DNA from: Nitrospirota bacterium
GTDB lineage: Bacteria; Nitrospirota; UBA9217
Direction of reading: 5' to 3'
Assembly (NCBI GenBank): GCA_963663225.1
Contig: OY760142.1
Location: 1,056,001-1,120,000 of the forward strand
DNA length: 64,000 nt
Shown here: one piece after another, positions 19,668 to 29,661 of the stretch
Numbering within the stretch: the stretch's first letter is position 1
How the letters are laid out: each line of letters begins with the position of its first letter
The notes under the pieces: generated by a model
Database searches by the model: none
Seen by the model: the letters and a program-made list of their open reading frames with translations, nothing else
Told to the model about the DNA's origin: nothing
Made by a program: the position numbers and the translations under genes

Positions 19668-22346
19668 GTGAAATTGCACCAAATGCATATCGATCAGGCA
19701 TTGATGGAGCTGCATTCAACTTCCCAGGGAATAGCGGAGAATGAAGCGCGGAATCGGCTTATGCAATATGGTCCGAATGAACTCCAGGAAAAAAAGAAAA
19801 AAACTCCTCTCCGCATGTTTCTCGATCAGTTCACGGATTTCATGATTCTGGTGCTCATTGTCGCGGCAATCATCTCCGGCATTATCGGAGAAGCGTCCGA
19901 TACGATCGCAATAATGGTAATCGTCCTTCTCAATGCCGCCCTTGGATTCAGCCAGGAATATCGCGCGGAACGCGCCATGGCCGCTCTGAAAAAAATGGCG
20001 TCGACTTCAGCAACAGTTGTCCGCAACGGTCAATACCGCACGGCGGCTTCATCGGAGCTGGTACCCGGCGATGTGGTCATCCTCGAAGCGGGACACATTA
20101 TTCCCGCAGACATGAGGGTCCTTGAAGCCGTGCGCCTGAAGGTGGACGAGGCCGCTCTGACCGGCGAATCCATGCCTGCCGAAAAACAAACGGAAGCCAT
20201 GCATGATGAAAATCTTCCTCTCGGCGACAAAAAAAATATGCTGTTTAAAGGCACCTCCATCACGTACGGCAGAGGGAAAGGCCTGGTAACAGCGACAGGC
20301 ATGAAAACGGAACTCGGCAGAATCGCGGCCATGCTCCAGCAGGAAGAGGCGGGAAAAACGCCTCTCCAGAAGCGGCTCGCAAACTTCGGCACACGCCTTG
20401 CCGTTGCCATACTCATTATCTGCGGGATTATTTTCGCGGCCGGAATTCTCCGTGGCGAGGAACCGCTCGGCATTTTTTTGGTGGCCGTCAGCCTTGCCGT
20501 CGCTGCAATTCCGGAAGCACTGCCTGCGGTGGTCACGATTTCTCTTGCGATCGGCGCTAGAAAAATGGTGCAGCGAAACGCTCTGATCCGGAAACTTCCC
20601 GCTGTCGAGACGCTCGGCTCCGTCACCTACATCTGTACCGACAAGACCGGAACCCTTACGCTTAACCGCATGACCGTGGAAGAGATGTGGGTGGATGGTG
20701 AACTGATTCAGATATCGGATTCTGCCGCGCCCAATAGACAGCGCCGGCATCCTCTCTTCCAGGACCCGTATTCCCTCTTCTGCACCGCCCTTGCGCTCTC
20801 AAATGACGCGCGCTTCGACTCATCCGGAAACGCCATCGGAGATCCCACGGAAACCGCGCTGCTTGTCGCCGCGCGTGCGAACGGCTTTGATAAACAGGCG
20901 CTGGAAGCGGACTTTCCTCGCATCGCAGAGCTTCCCTTCGATTCAGAGCGAAAGCTTATGACGACGATCCATAGAATAATGCAGCCGGCGGAACCCGGAA
21001 AAGTGCCTGCCTGTGTATCATTTACCAAAGGAGCCGTGGAGGAGCTCCTTGGCAAATGCCGCGGTATGATAACGTCGCGGGGAGTACAACCGCTGGACGA
21101 AAAAGAAATAACCGGTCTCACCAGCCGCATTGCTGCAGATGGACTGCGGGTCATGGCAATCGGCATGCGCATGTGGCAAGACGCCCCTGACGTTGTATCG
21201 CATAAAAATATAGAACAGCACCTGTTGCTTCTCGGTTTTTTTGGAATGATGGACCCTCCCCGAGAGGAGGCAAAAGAAGCTGTTGCACTCTGCAAAACAG
21301 CAGGCATCACGCCGGTAATGATAACCGGGGATCATCCCCTGACTGCGAAAACCATCGCTCTGCGGGTCGGTATTTTGGAAAAGGATGAACCCGGTGAAGT
21401 CCTCACCGGCGCCGAACTTGACGCACTTTCGCTTGAAGAATTCGAGAAACGAGTCGAATCCATTCGCGTATATGCCCGGGTGGCCCCGGAGCAGAAACTG
21501 AAAATTGTACGCGCACTTCAGAGCAAGGGGCACTTTGTGGCCATGACCGGGGATGGTGTAAACGATGCTCCTGCACTAAAACGTGCGGACATCGGCGTCG
21601 CCATGGGGATTACCGGCACTGATGTCGCCAAGGAAGCGTCATCCATGGTGCTGCTGGACGATAATTTTGCCACAATGGTCAGGGCGGTCAGGGAAGGTCG
21701 GCATATTTATGACAATATCCGGAAAGTCATCCGGTATCTCCTGGCCACGAATTCAGGAGAAATATGGACCTTGTTCCTCGCGCCGTTCGTCGGCCTTCCC
21801 ATACCGCTTTTGCCGATCCATATACTCTGGATTAACCTGCTGACCGACGGCCTTCCCGCCCTTGCGCTCACCAGAGAACCGGAGGAAGGCGATACCATGA
21901 AGAGACCGCCGCGTCATCCCCAGGAGAACCTTTTTGCCGGCGGGCTTGGCTTCTTTGTGATCTGGATCGGCCTTCTTATGGCGGGGATTGTTCTTTCGCT
22001 TCAGGCCTGGGCGCTGTATACCGGCGATGCCCATTGGCAAACCATGGTCTTTACCGTACTCTGTTTTCTCCAGCTGGGACAGGTTCTGGCCGTTCGATCG
22101 GAGAAGGAATCGCTGTTCACTCAGGGCCTCTTCACGAACAAACTCCTTCTGTGGAGCATTACCGCCGCGATAGTACTCCAACTCTGCACGATTTATGTTC
22201 CGGTCCTGAATTCTGTTTTTAAAACGCAACCGCTTTCCGCCGCGGAATTGGCTTTGACTCTTGCGCTGTCGACAATCGTTTTCTTTGCCGCAGAAATTGA
22301 CAAATGGTTCCGGAGAAAAAAATCCGGCAGCTCAAAAGTACCGTGA
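19668..22346 (+). CDS. P2A-type Ca2+/Mn2+-translocating P-type ATPase (YoaB/LMCA1-like)
   Basis: TGES, VAAIPEALP, DKTGTLT, KGA, TGDGVNDAPAL, LATNSGE, WINLLTDG; GTG start behind GGAGG. Confidence 0.92.
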   Translation: MKLHQMHIDQALMELHSTSQGIAENEARNRLMQYGPNELQEKKKKTPLRMFLDQFTDFMILVLIVAAIISGIIGEASDTIAIMVIVLLNAALGFSQEYRAERAMAALKKMASTSATVVRNGQYRTAASSELVPGDVVILEAGHIIPADMRVLEAVRLKVDEAALTGESMPAEKQTEAMHDENLPLGDKKNMLFKGTSITYGRGKGLVTATGMKTELGRIAAMLQQEEAGKTPLQKRLANFGTRLAVAILIICGIIFAAGILRGEEPLGIFLVAVSLAVAAIPEALPAVVTISLAIGARKMVQRNALIRKLPAVETLGSVTYICTDKTGTLTLNRMTVEEMWVDGELIQISDSAAPNRQRRHPLFQDPYSLFCTALALSNDARFDSSGNAIGDPTETALLVAARANGFDKQALEADFPRIAELPFDSERKLMTTIHRIMQPAEPGKVPACVSFTKGAVEELLGKCRGMITSRGVQPLDEKEITGLTSRIAADGLRVMAIGMRMWQDAPDVVSHKNIEQHLLLLGFFGMMDPPREEAKEAVALCKTAGITPVMITGDHPLTAKTIALRVGILEKDEPGEVLTGAELDALSLEEFEKRVESIRVYARVAPEQKLKIVRALQSKGHFVAMTGDGVNDAPALKRADIGVAMGITGTDVAKEASSMVLLDDNFATMVRAVREGRHIYDNIRKVIRYLLATNSGEIWTLFLAPFVGLPIPLLPIHILWINLLTDGLPALALTREPEEGDTMKRPPRHPQENLFAGGLGFFVIWIGLLMAGIVLSLQAWALYTGDAHWQTMVFTVLCFLQLGQVLAVRSEKESLFTQGLFTNKLLLWSITAAIVLQLCTIYVPVLNSVFKTQPLSAAELALTLALSTIVFFAAEIDKWFRRKKSGSSKVP

Positions 22347-22476
22347 AAAAACGGCTGACAATCACCCGGCATGACACTGCTAAGTTGCAATACGACTTTT
22401 GGACGATTTTTTCGAACAGCAATATCCGTTACGGTTACAGCGGATGTGGTTTTTCATACAGCGCGTGAACAAGTTG

Positions 22477-22505
22477 TTGAAAAAAACTTCTCCTAACGGT
22501 ACAAT
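22477..22505 (+). promoter_or_regulatory. sigma70 promoter for the TerC-family gene
   Basis: TTGAAA-N17-TACAAT, preceded by hairpin ATATCCGTT...AGCGGATGT and a short T-run (22422-22454). Confidence 0.55.
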
Positions 22506-22537
22506 TCAACTATCAATTCAAGAGGAATGAAATACTT

Positions 22538-23284
22538 ATGATAGACCTTGGTTTTTTCGGACATATCAGTTTTGACTGGGCATTCTGGTCGAGTTTTTTC
22601 AGCATCGTTCTCGTTAACATTATTTTGTCGGGAGACAATGCCGTGGTCATCGCCATGGCGGTCCGCAACCTTCCGAAGGAGCTCCGCAAAAAAGGCATCC
22701 TGTACGGTGCCGGCGCTGCCGTTCTGCTCAGGATTGTGTTCACCTTTTTCGTTGCACAACTGCTTGCCATGAGCTATGTGAAGTTGGTTGGCGGCGCCAT
22801 AATCCTCTGGATAGCGATAAAGCTTTTTGTGGAAGATGAGGAAGGCGGCGAGGGAAGCCATCTTGAAACAACCACGATCTGGAGCGCGGTCAGACTCATT
22901 CTGATCGCCGATATCACCATGGCGCTCGACAACATGCTTGCAGTGGCCGCATGCTCCCAGGGAAACCTCTTTTTGCTCATCATCGGTCTCGGGCTGAGCA
23001 TTCCCCTGGTCGTTTTCACCAGCAGCCTGTTGACGACCCTTATGGACAAATACCCAATTATCATTTATATCGGCGCAGCGATTCTGGGAAAAGTCGGCGG
23101 CGAAATGATGATTACCGACCAGGTGGTTAAACAATTTATTCCGGTAAACGATGTTATCGTTTACTCCGTCGAGGCCTTTTTTGCCGTGGCTGTTATTATC
23201 GCAGGAAAGCTCTACCTGAAGTGGACAGCCTTAAAAAAGGAACGCAAGTCAGTTCCGCTCACCATTGGTGATGATCATCCGTAG
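22538..23284 (+). CDS. TerC family (YjbE-like) integral membrane metal transport protein
   Basis: LSGDNAVVIAMA.RNLP, ADITMALDNMLAVA, GL.LSIPL motifs. Confidence 0.9.
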   Translation: MIDLGFFGHISFDWAFWSSFFSIVLVNIILSGDNAVVIAMAVRNLPKELRKKGILYGAGAAVLLRIVFTFFVAQLLAMSYVKLVGGAIILWIAIKLFVEDEEGGEGSHLETTTIWSAVRLILIADITMALDNMLAVAACSQGNLFLLIIGLGLSIPLVVFTSSLLTTLMDKYPIIIYIGAAILGKVGGEMMITDQVVKQFIPVNDVIVYSVEAFFAVAVIIAGKLYLKWTALKKERKSVPLTIGDDHP

Positions 23285-23319
23285 CCATCCAAGCGGCAGA
23301 AGTTTCCAGTGAGACCGGT

Positions 23320-24261
23320 ATGATACTGATAACGGGAGGAACGGGGTTTGTAGGAAGACATTTCGTCCAGCGCGCGCGTGCGGAAGGCATTGCAGTCCGG
23401 GCTCTCATCAGGGACCCGAGAAAAGCGCAGGCACTCAAAAATCTGGATGTGGACCTTGTACAGGGCGACATTTCCGACAAGAGTGCGCTTGAGTCCGCAG
23501 CTGTGGGGGCGGACAGTGTTGTGCATCTCGTCGGAATAATCCAGGAAGCGCCGCACGTTACGTTTCAAGACATTCATGTTGAGGGCACACGAAGCGTTCT
23601 TAATGCCGCGCAAGCGAGCGGGGTTCGTTTCTTTCTTTATCTCAGCGCTCTCGGCGCCAGACCGGACGCAGCGAGCACGTATCATAAAACCAAGTGGGGT
23701 GCGGAGGAATTGGTGCGCAAAAGCGGCATCCCGTTCTCCATCGTGCGTCCCTCGCTCATTTACGGAAATAACGACGGATTTACCACCCGATTGACTGAGG
23801 CAATCAAGCTTTCACCGTTTCTTCCGATTATCGGATCCGGGCAGTCCAGGGTTCAACCCATTTCCATCGACGATGTCGTTTCCTGCATGCTGAAAGCAGT
23901 GACGGATCGCGCCGTGCTGAACGCAACGTATGAAATCGGCGGCCCTGAGCAGTTGACCTACCAGGAGATAACGGTTGCCCTTGCGAATGCCATGGGGATA
24001 CATCGACCGGTTTTGCACCTGCCGCTCCCGCTCATGCGAGTAGCAGCCAGGCTGCTTGAGCTGGCGTTGCCCGTGCCGCCACTGACCACCGATCAGCTTA
24101 CCATGCTTCAGGAAAACAACATCTGCGACATGCGGGACATCCGTGAAGTCTTCAGGGTTGAACCGGTCACCTTCCGGGAAGGGCTGGCCGCACTTTTTAA
24201 AGGATCTCATCAGCCGTGCAAAAAACCCGGTTCCTGCGAAAGAAAAGGAGCGCGCTTGTGA
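23320..24261 (+). CDS. NDUFA9-like atypical SDR / NAD-dependent epimerase
   Basis: ITGGTGFVG, HLVGII.E, SALGA, Y..TK..AE, RPSLIYG, QPI..DDV. Confidence 0.85.
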   Translation: MILITGGTGFVGRHFVQRARAEGIAVRALIRDPRKAQALKNLDVDLVQGDISDKSALESAAVGADSVVHLVGIIQEAPHVTFQDIHVEGTRSVLNAAQASGVRFFLYLSALGARPDAASTYHKTKWGAEELVRKSGIPFSIVRPSLIYGNNDGFTTRLTEAIKLSPFLPIIGSGQSRVQPISIDDVVSCMLKAVTDRAVLNATYEIGGPEQLTYQEITVALANAMGIHRPVLHLPLPLMRVAARLLELALPVPPLTTDQLTMLQENNICDMRDIREVFRVEPVTFREGLAALFKGSHQPCKKPGSCERKGARL

Positions 24262-24878
24262 AGCTTTCGTCTATCGGTATTGTGTTTTTATCACTGTTCG
24301 TTTTATGTTTTGCGCTGTTGTGCCCTCTTACTTCTTATGCAAGCCTCTCTGATATTCCTCTTGAATGGAGGCCGACGGATCCAATCGGCTCCTACGATCC
24401 CATTGATCTCGCTGCATACCGTCACGCCGCCTTTGTCATCAAACCATTCAGGGATATGCGGAAAAACACCGCGGAAATCGGCGCTAATGTAGAAGCACAA
24501 TCATCCAACCGCGATTTGCGCGTCACCACCAAGGACAATGTTGCCGTATGGCTCACCGATCAATTCGGGAGCATTCTGAAGGAATTCCGGATAACCGTTG
24601 TTAAAAGCCAGGGAACGCTGACACTGGAAGCCGACGTGACCACGTTTTTCGTAACGGAGAAATCAATGTACCAAGCCGAGGTCGCTCTCAAAGTCCGGCT
24701 GAAGGCAAAAAACAATACTGTGGTCTGGAGCGGCACGACGAGCGGAAGTGCGTCCCGTTTCGGCCATTCCTATAAAGCGGAAAATTATTATGAAGCCCTG
24801 AGCAATGCGACTGTCTCCGCGGTGCACGGTCTTCTGAAAAACGAGTCTTTCGTCCAGGCAGTGCGAAAAAATAAATAG
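24258..24878 (+). CDS. Exported hypothetical protein (YajG-like fold possible)
   Basis: GTG start after AAAGGAG, overlapping the upstream stop; hydrophobic signal peptide; F.D.R...IG and VVWSG motifs. Confidence 0.6.
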   Translation: MKLSSIGIVFLSLFVLCFALLCPLTSYASLSDIPLEWRPTDPIGSYDPIDLAAYRHAAFVIKPFRDMRKNTAEIGANVEAQSSNRDLRVTTKDNVAVWLTDQFGSILKEFRITVVKSQGTLTLEADVTTFFVTEKSMYQAEVALKVRLKAKNNTVVWSGTTSGSASRFGHSYKAENYYEALSNATVSAVHGLLKNESFVQAVRKNK

Positions 24879-25023
24879 CCGGGCACTCGTGTATTTTCCA
24901 TGATTTTTCCTGCACTTCTGTTTCCCTGACCACAAGCCTTTCAGAATCAAAGAATCGCGCTGGTTAACAAAATATCATCGGCTGTTATTCGAAACATTTC
25001 CTTTCGACGGTTATATGTTTTCC

Positions 25024-25053
25024 TTGACTGTAAATCTTTTTTCATGGTACTCT
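25024..25053 (+). promoter_or_regulatory. Putative sigma70 promoter for the diguanylate cyclase
   Basis: TTGACT-N18-TACTCT with extended -10 TG. Confidence 0.4.
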
Positions 25054-25191
25054 TTTATAGTATTTTCCTATGGACCTTTTTTATTGGATCGTTTTTTCCC
25101 ACAGACTTGTTGCTGAGTATTGAGTCTTACGCATTCTGCAGTTTTATTGTTCATCTATCCTTGTCATAACGCTTGCTGGGGGGCGGCAAAA

Positions 25192-26124
25192 ATGGCAAAA
25201 GCTAAGATTTTGTACGTTGAAGACAGCAATACACAGGGAATGATAACAAAAAAATTTCTGGAGGAGAGCGGCTACGCCGTAACGTGGGTCGTTGACGGCT
25301 CGTCTGCGCTCCGCCAGGCGCAGAGAGAACTCTTTGATGTCGTCCTGCTCGACTGCATGCTGCCGGACATGGATGGAAACGACGTGTGCATGCAGCTTAA
25401 GCACGACCATAGTACCAGAGGCGTTCCGGTCATCATGGTTACTGCAAAGGATGCCCTCTGCGATAAAATCAACGGCTTGGAATCAGGAGCAGATGATTAT
25501 CTGGCCAAGCCCTATGATGAGTACGAGCTGAGGGCCCGTTTGTATGCTGCATTGAGGACGAAACGCCTTCAGGACGAGTTGATCCAAAAAAACAACGAAA
25601 TGCGGGACATGCTGAGCAAGGTTGAGATGTTGTCGGTTACCGATCCCTTGACGCAGCTTTTCAACAGAAGACGGTTTGAGGATGTTCTGGCGGCCGAATT
25701 TAAAAAAGCCAAACGATATGCAACGCATCTCAGCTGCATCATGATCGACATCGATTTTTTTAAATCCATCAATGATACGTACGGCCACACGGTCGGCGAC
25801 GTCGTACTGAAGGAAATAGCCATAATAATAGAACAATGCATCAGGACTGTTGACACCGCCTGCCGTTGGGGAGGCGAGGAATTTATCGTGCTGACGCCGA
25901 TGACGTCAAAGGCATTTGCCATTCAGCCCGCCCGCAGAATCTGGAATTCGGTGTCCAGCTACGTGTTCCCTTCCATGAGCGGCAGAACAGTAACAATCAG
26001 CGCAGGAATAGCGGACGCCGCAAGCGCCTCTATCGACACTCCGGACAAGCTCATTCATGAGGCAGATCTGGCATTATATCAGGCAAAGAAGGCGGGAAGA
26101 AACCGGATAGAGATCCAGAATTAG
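25192..26124 (+). CDS. Response-regulator diguanylate cyclase (REC-GGDEF, WspR-like)
   Basis: ILYVED, LLDCMLPD, KP receiver motifs; DPLTQLFNRR, DIDFFKSINDTYGH, RTVD I-site five residues before GGEEF. Confidence 0.92.
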   Translation: MAKAKILYVEDSNTQGMITKKFLEESGYAVTWVVDGSSALRQAQRELFDVVLLDCMLPDMDGNDVCMQLKHDHSTRGVPVIMVTAKDALCDKINGLESGADDYLAKPYDEYELRARLYAALRTKRLQDELIQKNNEMRDMLSKVEMLSVTDPLTQLFNRRRFEDVLAAEFKKAKRYATHLSCIMIDIDFFKSINDTYGHTVGDVVLKEIAIIIEQCIRTVDTACRWGGEEFIVLTPMTSKAFAIQPARRIWNSVSSYVFPSMSGRTVTISAGIADAASASIDTPDKLIHEADLALYQAKKAGRNRIEIQN

Positions 26125-26286
26125 CGCGCAGGTATGCCACGTCGGCAGCATCCAGAATGGCCGCACCTGTGCCTGAACCCTTTTGTGCAACCGATTTCGG
26201 CGGTAAAAACTGTGCTTGTCCGTGCTTGTAACGCGCGTGCGTTTTTCAGCACATCAGGCAACCAGTAAGCAGGCGACTATATACAC

Positions 26287-27012
26287 ATGAATATCATTGC
26301 AATAGGCGGCGGCAACCTGCGAAAAAAAGAAACGCTCGCTATCGATCAATGCATCGTCAAGCTCTCCAAAAAACGCTCTCCCCGTGTTCTGTTTATTCCT
26401 ACGGCAAGCGGTGATTCAAAAAATTACTGCACTACATTCGACGCTGTTTACCGGGACCTGCTGGGGTGCAAAACGGACCATCTGCTTCTGTATTGCAGAC
26501 CGCAAGACCGGGCCGTGGCAACTGAAAAAATCCGCGCTGCTGATATCATCTATGTGGGAGGAGGAAATACCCTCCGCATGATGAAGCTCTGGCGGCGCAT
26601 CGGGCTGGACGCCCTTCTGATCAAAGCGGCGAATCAGGAAAAAATTCTGGCCGGCTTAAGCGCCGGAGCAATTTGCTGGCATGCAGGGGGCCACTCTGAT
26701 TCGAGGTCTTTTTCCGGAAGAAAAAAGTGGTCTTATATTAAAGTGCGGGCGCTCGGCATCCGACCCGGGTTGTTTTGTCCGCATCTGGATGCTGAAAAAC
26801 GCCATGCTTCTTTTAAAAAAATGATAGCCGGAACGGCCATGACAGGCATTGCGTGTGACAACAGGGCCGCAGTCTGGTACCATGATACAGGGGCGACATG
26901 CTTGACCGCAGGCAGAAAGGCATGTGTTCATATTTATACCCTTCAGGACGGCCGTGTATTACAAAAAAAATTCAAAAACGGCGAACGTATAGTTTTTCAA
27001 CAAAACACCTAG
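26287..27012 (+). CDS. Peptidase S51 (dipeptidase E-like)
   Basis: IAIGGG, FIPTAS, IYVGGGNT, GLSAGA nucleophile elbow, CPH. Confidence 0.88.
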   Translation: MNIIAIGGGNLRKKETLAIDQCIVKLSKKRSPRVLFIPTASGDSKNYCTTFDAVYRDLLGCKTDHLLLYCRPQDRAVATEKIRAADIIYVGGGNTLRMMKLWRRIGLDALLIKAANQEKILAGLSAGAICWHAGGHSDSRSFSGRKKWSYIKVRALGIRPGLFCPHLDAEKRHASFKKMIAGTAMTGIACDNRAAVWYHDTGATCLTAGRKACVHIYTLQDGRVLQKKFKNGERIVFQQNT

Positions 27013-27106
27013 AAAACTTGACAAAGACTTTACAAGCAATCTTTGTTCTTCTTTATTGCAAACCGTTGTTGCAGCCTTGCCTTTGTCCATTTCTTTTTGG
27101 CCATTC

Positions 27107-27286
27107 ATGAAAAACAACAAAGAAAAAATAACCTGCCTTTCCTGCCGTCACTTTTATGTAACGTGGGACAAGGATTTTCCAAACGGGTGCTCGGCAATGG
27201 GTTTTAAATCGAAGCAAGCCCCCTCAGTCGCCGTTTATAAATGCTCGGGAATGGTCTGCCTGCAGTTCGAAAAAAAGAATAGCTAG
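27107..27286 (+). CDS. Small 59-aa Cys-rich protein
   Basis: CLSCRHFYVTWD..FP.GC.AMGFKSK..PS..V...SG..C..F pattern, which I recall as a widespread small family. Confidence 0.7.
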   Translation: MKNNKEKITCLSCRHFYVTWDKDFPNGCSAMGFKSKQAPSVAVYKCSGMVCLQFEKKNS

Positions 27287-27424
27287 TCTTTTGCTTATAT
27301 TCAGACATCTGCAATACCCTGATTTCCTTCCGAAAAGGCATACGCGCTCACAACACATGCTGCCGCATAACAAATTCTAATACTTTTCATGTATTCGTAA
27401 CTAAGCAGAATTCGGACCGTCTGC

Positions 27425-27451
27425 TAAAGATTTAATCACAAATACCGATAG
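27425..27451 (+). promoter_or_regulatory. sigma28-type promoter for cheW-MCP
   Basis: TAAAGATT-N11-ACCGATAG upstream of cheW. Confidence 0.65.
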
Positions 27452-27505
27452 AATAGACACAAAGGGGAATCTGCCCCGAATAGTTCTGAATACCGGGAGA
27501 TACCT

Positions 27506-27934
27506 GTGTTTCAAGTCATCGGGTTTCGCCTCCAGAATGAGGAATACGCGGTACCCATTCTGAAAGTCCGCGAAATAATCGGGATGCTGCCGATTACAGT
27601 CTTGCCCAATTTACCTGAATACTTTGAAGGCATGACGAACATCCGCGGCAGCGTCATCCCGATCATAAACTTAAAACGGCTCATGCATCTGCCGGAAAAC
27701 GGCGATCCTGCCGCTAAAATAATCGTCATCACCTGCAGAACAAGCACCTATGGCGTACTTGTCGATTCCATCACCGGCGTCGTATCCATTGATGAACAAT
27801 CAGTGGAACGACCCGACCGGATTGCAAACGCTGAAGACACATCATTCATCGACGGCATTGCAAAATTTGATAACCGGCTCGTTATCATTCTGAACACCAG
27901 CACGCTTGTCCCTCAACTTGTGCGGGCAAACTAA
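27506..27934 (+). CDS. cheW: Chemotaxis coupling protein
   Basis: F.L..EEYAV.IL.VREII, P..P.Y.EG..NIRG.VIPII.L, G.LVD...GV. Confidence 0.92.
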   Translation: MFQVIGFRLQNEEYAVPILKVREIIGMLPITVLPNLPEYFEGMTNIRGSVIPIINLKRLMHLPENGDPAAKIIVITCRTSTYGVLVDSITGVVSIDEQSVERPDRIANAEDTSFIDGIAKFDNRLVIILNTSTLVPQLVRAN

Positions 27935-28000
27935 AATACATTGTCTCTCATCACCGGGTAATGGGAGCCTCCAAAAACATTGAGCAAGGAGAACAGAGAG

Positions 28001-29581
28001 ATGAAGTCACCATCAAAGCTTAACAGTTTCGGCAGTAAAATTTTTTTCATGATTGTACTCGCAATTATTGCGGTGATAACCAGCGTGACATTCTCCTATT
28101 TGATCGCTGTGCGGGAGATAGAGTCATTAATGCTTGAAGACATCTCTTCCATCGCAAACACGATGCAGAAGAACCTGACGTATATTGCCACCATTAGACC
28201 GGACGCCATCCAGGACGAAAATTTTAAGAAACACATGAATGATATAAAAATCGGGCAAAGCGGCTATGTCTACTTGATTAATGAAGAAGGCGTGATGGTC
28301 ACTCACCCCGCAATCCAGGGCAAGAATCAGGGCAATCTGGCGCATAACCGTCATATTATCACTCACAAAGAAGGGGGAACATATTCTTTCGTCGCAGCCA
28401 GCACCGGTCAGGATAAGCTCGTGGCGTTCCGGTATATCGAGCCCTGGAAACTGTGGGTTGTGCCGGGCGTGAACAAGGCCGATTATCTGAATCAATTAAA
28501 AGCTTCATTTTTGAAAGTGAATTTACTGTTTTCCTTGGGCGTGATTGTTATCCTCGTTTTTGTAGCGCGGGTCATTACCCGGAAGCTGTTGAACCAGGTC
28601 GGGGGTGAACCTGTCGTCATCGCGGAGGTTGCTGAGCGAATTTCTGAAGGCGACTTGACGGCGCAGCTCCAGTCAAACGGCAGGGGAAAAAGCGGCATCT
28701 ATGCATCAATGGACAAAATGGCCGACAAATTGAAAATCATGGTCAAGGACATCAAGTCTGCTTCTGAAAACGTGGCATCGGGAAGCGCGAACCTTTCCAC
28801 TTCCTCTGAGGATCTCAACAAGGGCTCCCAGGAACTGATGCTGCAGGTGGACCAGATCGTAACGGCCATGACCGAAGTGTCCCAGACAATCATGGATGTG
28901 GCCAAGAACGCCTCTCACGCGGCAGAGGCAAGTAAAAAAGCTTCCGAAACCGCGGCAAAAGGAAAACAGACTGTCGACCGCTCCGCGGAAGACATGGCGA
29001 AAATCGCGCAGACAGTCCAGCAAACGGCCTCAACCATTGAAGAACTAGGCAAGAGCTCGGCCCAGATCGGCGAAATTGTTGCAGTCATCAACGGCATTGC
29101 CGATCAGACCAATCTCCTAGCGCTCAATGCGGCCATTGAGGCGGCCCGCGCCGGCGAGCAGGGACGGGGATTTGCCGTCGTGGCAGACGAGGTGAGAAAG
29201 CTGGCGGAGCGCACGAGCCAGGCCACAAAGGACATTGCGGACAGAATCAGTGGCATCCAGAAGGCGGCGACAGAAGCGGTCGACGCGGTAAAGAAAGGCA
29301 GCGACGAAGTGGGGAACGGCGTCGGACTCGCAAGAGAGGCAAGCGCATCGCTTGACGCCATTGTGGAAGCATCAACCGGCGCCATGGACATGGTTCAGCG
29401 CATCGCGGCGGCAACGGAAGAGCAATCGGCAGCATCAGAAGAAGTCACCCAAAACATGGAAAACATCTCAAGCATCACGAAGCGCGCTGCAAACGCATCA
29501 GACCAGATCAAAGCGTCCGCAGCCGAGCTCGCCAAGCTTTCCGCCGGATTGAAGGAAATAACCGCGTTCCTGCGGGTATGA
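28001..29581 (+). CDS. Methyl-accepting chemotaxis protein with Cache sensor domain
   Basis: [20 protein letters not shown] (Cache); [39 protein letters not shown]. Confidence 0.93.
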   Translation: MKSPSKLNSFGSKIFFMIVLAIIAVITSVTFSYLIAVREIESLMLEDISSIANTMQKNLTYIATIRPDAIQDENFKKHMNDIKIGQSGYVYLINEEGVMVTHPAIQGKNQGNLAHNRHIITHKEGGTYSFVAASTGQDKLVAFRYIEPWKLWVVPGVNKADYLNQLKASFLKVNLLFSLGVIVILVFVARVITRKLLNQVGGEPVVIAEVAERISEGDLTAQLQSNGRGKSGIYASMDKMADKLKIMVKDIKSASENVASGSANLSTSSEDLNKGSQELMLQVDQIVTAMTEVSQTIMDVAKNASHAAEASKKASETAAKGKQTVDRSAEDMAKIAQTVQQTASTIEELGKSSAQIGEIVAVINGIADQTNLLALNAAIEAARAGEQGRGFAVVADEVRKLAERTSQATKDIADRISGIQKAATEAVDAVKKGSDEVGNGVGLAREASASLDAIVEASTGAMDMVQRIAAATEEQSAASEEVTQNMENISSITKRAANASDQIKASAAELAKLSAGLKEITAFLRV

Positions 29582-29630
29582 TCCAAACCCCAATCCGCGG
29601 ATGTGACAAAAAAATTAAGCGAACCGCTCC

Positions 29631-29661
29631 AAGCCTGGGAGAAATACTTCCAGGCTTTTTT
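29631..29661 (+). terminator. Intrinsic terminator
   Basis: AAGCCTGGGAG-AAATA-CTTCCAGGCTT followed by TTTT. Confidence 0.75.

Noticed and set aside
22366-22390. GGCA...TGC sigma54-like motif upstream of terC
   Set aside because: GG-to-GC spacing is 9 nt rather than the required 10, and a sigma70 promoter fits better.
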